The translations under genes and the position numbers were made by a program. Positions 58,707-64,000 of a stretch of 64,000 nucleotides of DNA are shown piece by piece. The stretch covers positions 43,762 to 107,761 of the forward strand of contig CACZZO010000010.1 in the NCBI GenBank assembly GCA_902785755.1. The letters run 5' to 3'. Numbering within the stretch: position 1 is the stretch's first letter; each line of letters starts with the position of its first letter. This stretch comes from an uncultured Bacteroidia bacterium. GTDB taxonomy: Bacteria; Bacteroidota; Bacteroidia; Bacteroidales; F082. The notes under the pieces are model-generated. The model was given only the letters and a program-made list of their open reading frames with translations. It was not told the origin of the DNA and did not search any database.

Positions 58707-60128
58707 ATGTTAATAGGCAGAAAATCAGAGATAAACGAATTAATGAAAGCGTATGATTCCGAATATTCTGAATTTGTCGCTATAATGGGTCGTAGGCGCG
58801 TGGGAAAGACTTTCTTGGTTAGGGAGACTTTCAAGTATAAATTTGCCTTCCAACACTCAGGTTTGGCCAACCAAAAAACGAAGGAACAACTGAAGGAATT
58901 CAGGCTGTCGCTCATCAAAAGCGGCATGAAGAAATGTCGCATTCCCACCGACTGGTTCGATGCTTTTTTTCTCCTCTCGGAGTTTCTTGACCAAAAAAAG
59001 AAGGGCAAAAAAGTGATTTTCATTGATGAACTACCGTGGATGGACGCACCTCGCTCCAATTTCGTTTCAGCACTCGAACACTTTTGGAATGCCTATGCCA
59101 CAGCCCGCAAAGACATCCTGCTCATCATCTGCGGCTCGGCCACCTCATGGATTATCAACAATGTTTTCCGCAACCACGGCGGCCTGCACAATCGTGTGAC
59201 TTACCGCATTCACCTACAACCTTTTACGCTCAATGAATGTGAACAATATGCCCAAAGTCGCCACCTGAAAATGAGCCGATTTGAAATTTTGGAAACCTAT
59301 ATGGTGATGGGTGGCGTTCCTTATTATTGGTCGCTGTTAGAACAAGGGAAAAGTGCTGCTCAAAACATTGACAATCTGTTTTTTTCGTCTCGCGGTAAAC
59401 TGCATTACGAATACAAGGAACTATACGATTCGCTGTTCAAAAATTCCGAACCATACCTGAAAGTGGTTTCCATTTTAGGCACTAAGCGTATGGGGCTGAC
59501 CCGCGAGGAACTCATCAGCGAAGGGAATATCGACAACAATGGCCAACTGACGCGGGTGTTGCAGGATTTGGAAGCCTGTGGTTTCATCAGAAAATACAGT
59601 TACAAAGGCATCAAGCGGAACAACGCCATTTTCCAACTCATTGACAATTACACTTTGTTTTATTACCAATTCCTGCGCGACACGGCGGGAACGGATGAAG
59701 CCTTTTGGAGTGTCAACACCAACACGCCCGTCCGCAACACTTGGGAGGGCTTGGCCTTTGAGCGAGTCTGCTTCGAGCATCTCAAGCAAATCAAACAAGC
59801 GTTGGGCATTGCAGGCGTTTCCACTCAGGTGTTTTCGTGGCGAGTGTTGAAAGACCCTGTCTATGGTGCTGGAGCACAGATCGATATGGTCATCGACCGC
59901 TCCGACCAAGTGACCAACCTCTGCGAAATGAAGTTTTCGACAAAAGAATATGCCATCAACAACGAAGACGATGCCGACTTCCGTCACAAAACCGGTCGAT
60001 TTATCGAATCGCAAAAGACCCACAAATCCATCCATCTGACATTGATAACACCATTCGGAGTAAAACAGAATGTGTATCAACATAGCGTTCAAAGCGCAAT
60101 TACAATAGAAGACCTTTTTAAGGAATAA
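58707..60128 (+). CDS. ATPase (archaeal-type ATPase_2 / DUF234-like), orphan cassette
   Basis: 473 aa. LIGRKSEINEL...AIMGRRRVGKTFL Walker A, IFIDELPW Walker B, and a C-terminal DUF234-like/nuclease-like region (QIDMVIDR...LCEMKF). Confidence 0.8.
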   Translation: MLIGRKSEINELMKAYDSEYSEFVAIMGRRRVGKTFLVRETFKYKFAFQHSGLANQKTKEQLKEFRLSLIKSGMKKCRIPTDWFDAFFLLSEFLDQKKKGKKVIFIDELPWMDAPRSNFVSALEHFWNAYATARKDILLIICGSATSWIINNVFRNHGGLHNRVTYRIHLQPFTLNECEQYAQSRHLKMSRFEILETYMVMGGVPYYWSLLEQGKSAAQNIDNLFFSSRGKLHYEYKELYDSLFKNSEPYLKVVSILGTKRMGLTREELISEGNIDNNGQLTRVLQDLEACGFIRKYSYKGIKRNNAIFQLIDNYTLFYYQFLRDTAGTDEAFWSVNTNTPVRNTWEGLAFERVCFEHLKQIKQALGIAGVSTQVFSWRVLKDPVYGAGAQIDMVIDRSDQVTNLCEMKFSTKEYAINNEDDADFRHKTGRFIESQKTHKSIHLTLITPFGVKQNVYQHSVQSAITIEDLFKE

Positions 60129-60131
60129 AAT

Positions 60132-60163
60132 AATTGATTTTCAATTTATTAAATCAATTTTTT
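60132..60163 (+). terminator. terminator after the ATPase cassette gene
   Basis: AATTGATTT-tcaatttatt-AAATCAATT followed by TTTT. Confidence 0.55.
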
Positions 60164-60182
60164 CAGGTGTTTATCACAATAA

Positions 60183-60247
60183 TTTTCCGTTTATAGCGTG
60201 CTTAAAACCATAAAAAATCATGTTCTAAGCACGCTATGGACGGATTT
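60183..60247 (+). repeat. 65-nt hairpin repeat, copy B (right flank of the ATPase cassette)
   Basis: TTTTCCGTTTATAGCGTGCTTAAAACCATAAAAAATCATGTTCTAAGCACGCTATGGACGGATTTT. It is roughly 90 percent identical to copy A by hand alignment. Confidence 0.85.
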
Positions 60248-60289
60248 TCACATTCAATTGCTGACATATCGCATATTGCAAAAAATACT

Positions 60290-60297
60290 TACCTTTG
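60290..60297 (+). promoter_or_regulatory. -7 box TACCTTTG
   Basis: 17 nt upstream of ATG 60315. Confidence 0.55.
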
Positions 60298-60314
60298 CGC
60301 CAAATTCCACACCA

Positions 60315-61448
60315 ATGAAAAGACTCATAGTCATCACAGCCCTGTTTTTTTGCTTCGCTTCCCTGCAAGCCCAAGAAACCACCTTTTGGGGAAAGGTCAA
60401 CCGTTTTCTGACTAAGCCCGCTGTGGTTGACTCGTCGCACATTTACCAACCGAAACCCGGTTTTTCTTTGGGTTTGTTCACCACTGGACAAAAAGCGGGC
60501 TTCGATGTGGGTGTGGACTTCGACCTCGAATTAGACGAAACACACTCGCTCAAAGGCATTTCGACCTACGGACTTAGGGAAAGCCTTTGCAAGAAAATTG
60601 GCCTTGAAGTCGGCTATGGCAATGTTGTTTTAGGCTATGGCCTCGAAGTGGGGCCTCGAAGCGCAGAGAAAAAGAGTGCCTTCGCTTTCAATATCCTCGG
60701 CAAATCTTGGGGCGTGCGTCTGAATTACTTCAAAATCAGCAACCCTTTCGTTTCGGGAATCGTTATTTTTGACGAAGATGGCAAGGTTTCCTCTGAAGAC
60801 GAGTTCACCAAAGAAGAAAAAGCATCACTGCGAAGCCTTTCCATCGATGGCTATTACGTCTTCAATAACAAGCGTTTTGCCTTTCCGGCTGCCTACAAGA
60901 AGAGTTTGGTGCAACGCCGCACGGCCGGTTCGTGGATGCTGACGGCACGTTTCATGCAAGGCAATCTCTATAACTCGCCCGAAGCCTCATGGAACACTTA
61001 CAACCTCTTGGACTGTTTCGCCACGATGCAAGCCTCGGTGGGTGGCGGCTATTCGGTCAACTTTGTGCCTTGGCATAAAGACCCCGTCGATGCTCGCGAC
61101 AAAGGGCTTCGCAACCTTACCATCAACTTGACCGCCATGCCCGTGCTGACGGTATTCAACTACCTGAAAACCACTGCCTACGAAATGAACAACGACGGGC
61201 AAAAAACCGGCGAAAAAGTCACCAAGATTTTGTGTTATCCCATGCCCAATTACATCGGCAGTGCGGCAATCAGCCTCACTTTGAACCGTTTCTATTTCTC
61301 GACGCAATTCACCTACAACTGGTTCTATTTCCGCAGCCGCGATGCCTTCGATGACCAACCATACACCCAATATGAGGCAGACAACATCGCTTTTCGCGGT
61401 GCCTTCCACGATTGGACGGTGAGAGGGTTGCTCGTCTATAGGTTTTAA
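60315..61448 (+). CDS. hypothetical outer-membrane-type protein (possibly DUF4421)
   Basis: I trimmed the track ORF to MKRLIVITALFFCFASLQAQ (ATG 60315), 17 nt after a TACCTTTG box. It is beta-strand-rich and ends in an aromatic residue (LLVYRF). Confidence 0.55.
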   Translation: MKRLIVITALFFCFASLQAQETTFWGKVNRFLTKPAVVDSSHIYQPKPGFSLGLFTTGQKAGFDVGVDFDLELDETHSLKGISTYGLRESLCKKIGLEVGYGNVVLGYGLEVGPRSAEKKSAFAFNILGKSWGVRLNYFKISNPFVSGIVIFDEDGKVSSEDEFTKEEKASLRSLSIDGYYVFNNKRFAFPAAYKKSLVQRRTAGSWMLTARFMQGNLYNSPEASWNTYNLLDCFATMQASVGGGYSVNFVPWHKDPVDARDKGLRNLTINLTAMPVLTVFNYLKTTAYEMNNDGQKTGEKVTKILCYPMPNYIGSAAISLTLNRFYFSTQFTYNWFYFRSRDAFDDQPYTQYEADNIAFRGAFHDWTVRGLLVYRF

Positions 61449-62350
61449 TCCATATCCAATTCCTCATACTCGTAAGTAACCTTCTCCCCGACCGTTAGCA
61501 CCAAATAGCTCGGTTTCCCGCCATCGTTGAGGTTGTCGGTCATCACGTATTGCACGCCGCCAAACTGACGCTGCTCGCGCATGTGGAAGTGCCCCATCAG
61601 CACCATGTCGACATTGCTGCGGCTCATCAAGTCCATGAAAGCGTATTGCTCGTCTTGCGGAAGGTTGGCTGCCGGAGTGGTTGTATAATTGTACGAAGTG
61701 CGGAACAGCCAGTTGTGACTAATGACAAAGCAATGACGATAGTCGGCACGATGCACCAGTTGCTCCTCAAGCCACTTGGTCTGGCGCTGGCCGAAGGTGC
61801 CGTTGCCCGAATCCAAAAGGATGTACAAATCCTTATGGCCGCTTACAGTCTTCACCGTCACAGTATAGGTCGAGGTGTGGAAGTATTGCTTGTAGAATTT
61901 GGCGCAATCGAAATACAAATCGTGGTTGCCAAGGACAGTAAAACATGGGTCGTTCTTGGCTTGGGTCTCGGAATTGAAACGCATGGAGGTCTCTACCCGT
62001 TGATAACCCGATTCTCCGCTTGAGTTGACCAAGTCGCCCACGAGAAAGGAAAAGATGGCCTTCGGGTCGTTGCGCTCGGCGGTCACGTATTTATACAATC
62101 TGTCCTTCGGTCCCTGCAACTCAAAGCCATCGCGGTTGGAATAGTGCGAATCGGAAGTGGAATAGATACAGTATTCGTCAGGAACGTTTTCAATGACGGG
62201 CATACTGTTTTGTGCATTGTAGTCGAGCCAATCGGCCACGCGCTCCTCAGTGTCGCTGCGGTTGATGACCATTGCAGCGATGTCCAAACGGTCGCAGCCA
62301 GTGGCCAACATCGCGGCAGCTGCCATTAATATAAGGTGTAGCTTTTTCAT
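61445..62350 (-). CDS. calcineurin-like metallophosphoesterase, lipoprotein
   Basis: 301 aa. Lipobox LATGC and metallophosphoesterase motifs GDLV, GNHD and GHFH. Confidence 0.8.
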   Translation of the reverse strand: MKKLHLILMAAAAMLATGCDRLDIAAMVINRSDTEERVADWLDYNAQNSMPVIENVPDEYCIYSTSDSHYSNRDGFELQGPKDRLYKYVTAERNDPKAIFSFLVGDLVNSSGESGYQRVETSMRFNSETQAKNDPCFTVLGNHDLYFDCAKFYKQYFHTSTYTVTVKTVSGHKDLYILLDSGNGTFGQRQTKWLEEQLVHRADYRHCFVISHNWLFRTSYNYTTTPAANLPQDEQYAFMDLMSRSNVDMVLMGHFHMREQRQFGGVQYVMTDNLNDGGKPSYLVLTVGEKVTYEYEELDMD

Positions 62351-62362
62351 AGTATGTAGTTT

Positions 62363-63055
62363 TTATGGTTTCCAAATCAGTCCAACATTGCCAAACCAGC
62401 CGTTGTATTGCGCCGAAAGGTTGAGCGGGCCACACGGATGAAGTCCAGCCTCGGCGGTGAGCCTTAGTCCGTCGCCAAGTTCATAATAACCGCTCAAACT
62501 ATAGAAAAACAGCGTGACACGCTCGATGACGAAATCTCTGTAGTTGGAGAATCGTGCGCCCACGTTCCACGGGTGCTTTTGGTCGAAAATGTAGCCTTCA
62601 AGACAGAAAGTGACATTCATCGGCTCGAAAACCACCTCCATGCCGCCGTTTTTGCGCAAAGGGATGGGAGCAGTGTAGCGGTTGGCCAAGCCCAGCTGGA
62701 AATTGATGTGTCGGGCGCGCCAGCCTAAATCCAACATGGCATTGAATTCCTGCAAGTTGTATTTGGGGAACAACCGATACAGATAGCGGTTCTCCAAATA
62801 GAGCGTGCCGCATTTCGACTTGAGCAAATCAACCTGATACTGCAAATTCAATGAATAGCGGCCCAAAGTTGTGGCTTGAAAGCCCACTCCGATGTTGAAA
62901 TTGTTGGCCAATTGGTAATTGCCTTTCAAGGCTAACGATGCGCTACTGCCCGAAGTGCGGGTGTAGTCGTACTCGCCGTAGGTTTGCAAAGTCCACTGCG
63001 CTCTCGCGGCAAAGGCGAAGAGCAGCAGACCGAGAGTGATTAAAACTTTCTTCAT
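62363..63055 (-). CDS. hypothetical outer-membrane beta-barrel protein
   Basis: 230 aa. Signal peptide ...AFAARAQ and alternating beta-strand pattern. It is 12 nt from the downstream phosphoesterase gene. Confidence 0.55.
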   Translation of the reverse strand: MKKVLITLGLLLFAFAARAQWTLQTYGEYDYTRTSGSSASLALKGNYQLANNFNIGVGFQATTLGRYSLNLQYQVDLLKSKCGTLYLENRYLYRLFPKYNLQEFNAMLDLGWRARHINFQLGLANRYTAPIPLRKNGGMEVVFEPMNVTFCLEGYIFDQKHPWNVGARFSNYRDFVIERVTLFFYSLSGYYELGDGLRLTAEAGLHPCGPLNLSAQYNGWFGNVGLIWKP

Positions 63056-63121
63056 AGATGATAATTTTTGCGCAAAAGTACGGAAAAGTCACCAAATAAT
63101 TCATCAAATGTCATTTTTCCG

Positions 63122-63129
63122 TATTTTTG
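63122..63129 (+). promoter_or_regulatory. -7 box TATTTTTG
   Basis: 27 nt upstream of ATG 63157. Confidence 0.5.
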
Positions 63130-63156
63130 CCGCACTATTTTAATTCGACCAGAGTT

Positions 63157-64000
63157 ATGAAACACATTGTCAACAGTATTCTTACTTTATTCTTTTTCAG
63201 TTTGTTAAGCCTTAACCTTTCTGCCCAATACGGCCCCCAATTCGAGAATCGGGGCTTTGAGCAATGGACCACACGCGAAGCGACATCAGTCAACGAGCCA
63301 ACGCATTGGCATTCGGGTGGCACTGCTACGGGTACTTGGGCGGGTTTCTTGTCGAACCAAATCGAGCAGTCTTCGCAAACGCGACCCGGTTCCAACGGGA
63401 GCAAAAGTGTTCGCGTCTTTCCCAACAGCATTTTGGGCATTACCGCCAACGGCACGCTGACCAACGGGCGCATCAATGCCGGTAGCATGTCGGCCTCTGG
63501 CTCAGACAATTACAACTATACGCAACGCGCCGAAAGTTCCTTCAACACCCCCATCAGCCAACTTCCGGATTCGCTTTCCGTTTGGGTGTGTTTCCGCAGC
63601 CAAAGCACCACCGATAAAGCTCAAGTGAAAGCCGTCGTCCACGGCGATGCCGATTACAAAATCATTGCCGACGGCACCGAAGAACCTGCCGATAAGCATG
63701 TTGCCACTGCGGTTTCGTCTTTCACACGAACTTCAACCGCGAATGGTGACTACACTTGGCATCGACTGAGCCATAGAGTTAGGTCGCGTCAACACCAACG
63801 CGAGTGGTAGCATTATTGCGCTAATTCCCAATGTTGCCGAAAGCCAACATTATAAAATCCGTGTGGTTTCCACCAACTATCCCATGATTGGCGGCAACAT
63901 ACAGGAAGTCAGCATTATCAATACTTCCTCCATCGAGAATTATGTTTCTTCTTGCCAAGTCTTCCCTAACCCATTCCATTCGACATTGAGCATTACGACA
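63157..64000 (+). pseudogene. PCMD-like secreted protein with T9SS-type C-terminal tail, apparently frameshifted near 63765-63775; 3' end beyond the window
   Basis: The frame-1 ORF (ATG 63157, MKHIVNSILTLFFFSLLSLNLSAQ) stops at 63808-63810 after an unnatural tail, HRVRSRQHQREW. Frame 2 opens at 63770 and reads AIELGRVNTNASGSIIALIPN...CQVFPNPFHSTLSITT (T9SS CTD start) to the window end. Confidence 0.5.

Noticed and set aside
58603-60247. The 65-bp hairpin repeats as integron attC sites.
   Set aside because: I found no RYYYAAC/GTTRRRY core sites at the ends of the palindromes. No intI-like gene or cassette array is present, and the cassette carries its own promoter and terminator.

Overview
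64-kb chromosomal window from a Bacteroidota genome. I infer Bacteroidales, Prevotella-like, from TAnnTTTG -7 promoter boxes ahead of most genes, T9SS C-terminal sorting domains, BACON/TonB/DUF4249 gene content and lipoprotein-rich ORFs. Positions 1-40 kb are mainly core and glycan-utilisation genes: cobB, a GH29 fucosidase, an M64 peptidase, a galK/nucleotidyltransferase/galM/gluP cluster, ligA, eno, tRNA-Tyr, tRNA-Arg, trkH, yidC, gap, a DUF4249 + TonB-receptor pair and parE. Two small toxin-antitoxin modules interrupt this stretch: a ParE/RelE-like pair and AbiEi/AbiEii. Positions 40-60 kb are a mosaic accessory, defence-island-like region with no recombinase gene. It contains: (1) a DUF1848 gene and a YhcG-type PD-(D/E)XK nuclease, each followed by a divergent relic of its own 3' end; (2) an AT-rich AbiC-like 2-TM gene translationally coupled to a 1221-aa membrane-anchored LRR protein; (3) orphan AAA ATPases; (4) an NrtR-like Nudix regulator + vWA-fusion + ADP-ribosylglycohydrolase cluster with palindromic operators; (5) an AT-rich type II R-M operon; (6) an ATPase cassette bracketed by 65-bp hairpin direct repeats. 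Intergenic spacers carry an unusual family of 7-8-nt-period word repeats and inverted word arrays. No rRNA, CRISPR array, transposase or integrase was seen. All family assignments come from reading the translations and recognising motifs, not from database searches. Composition statements are by eye.
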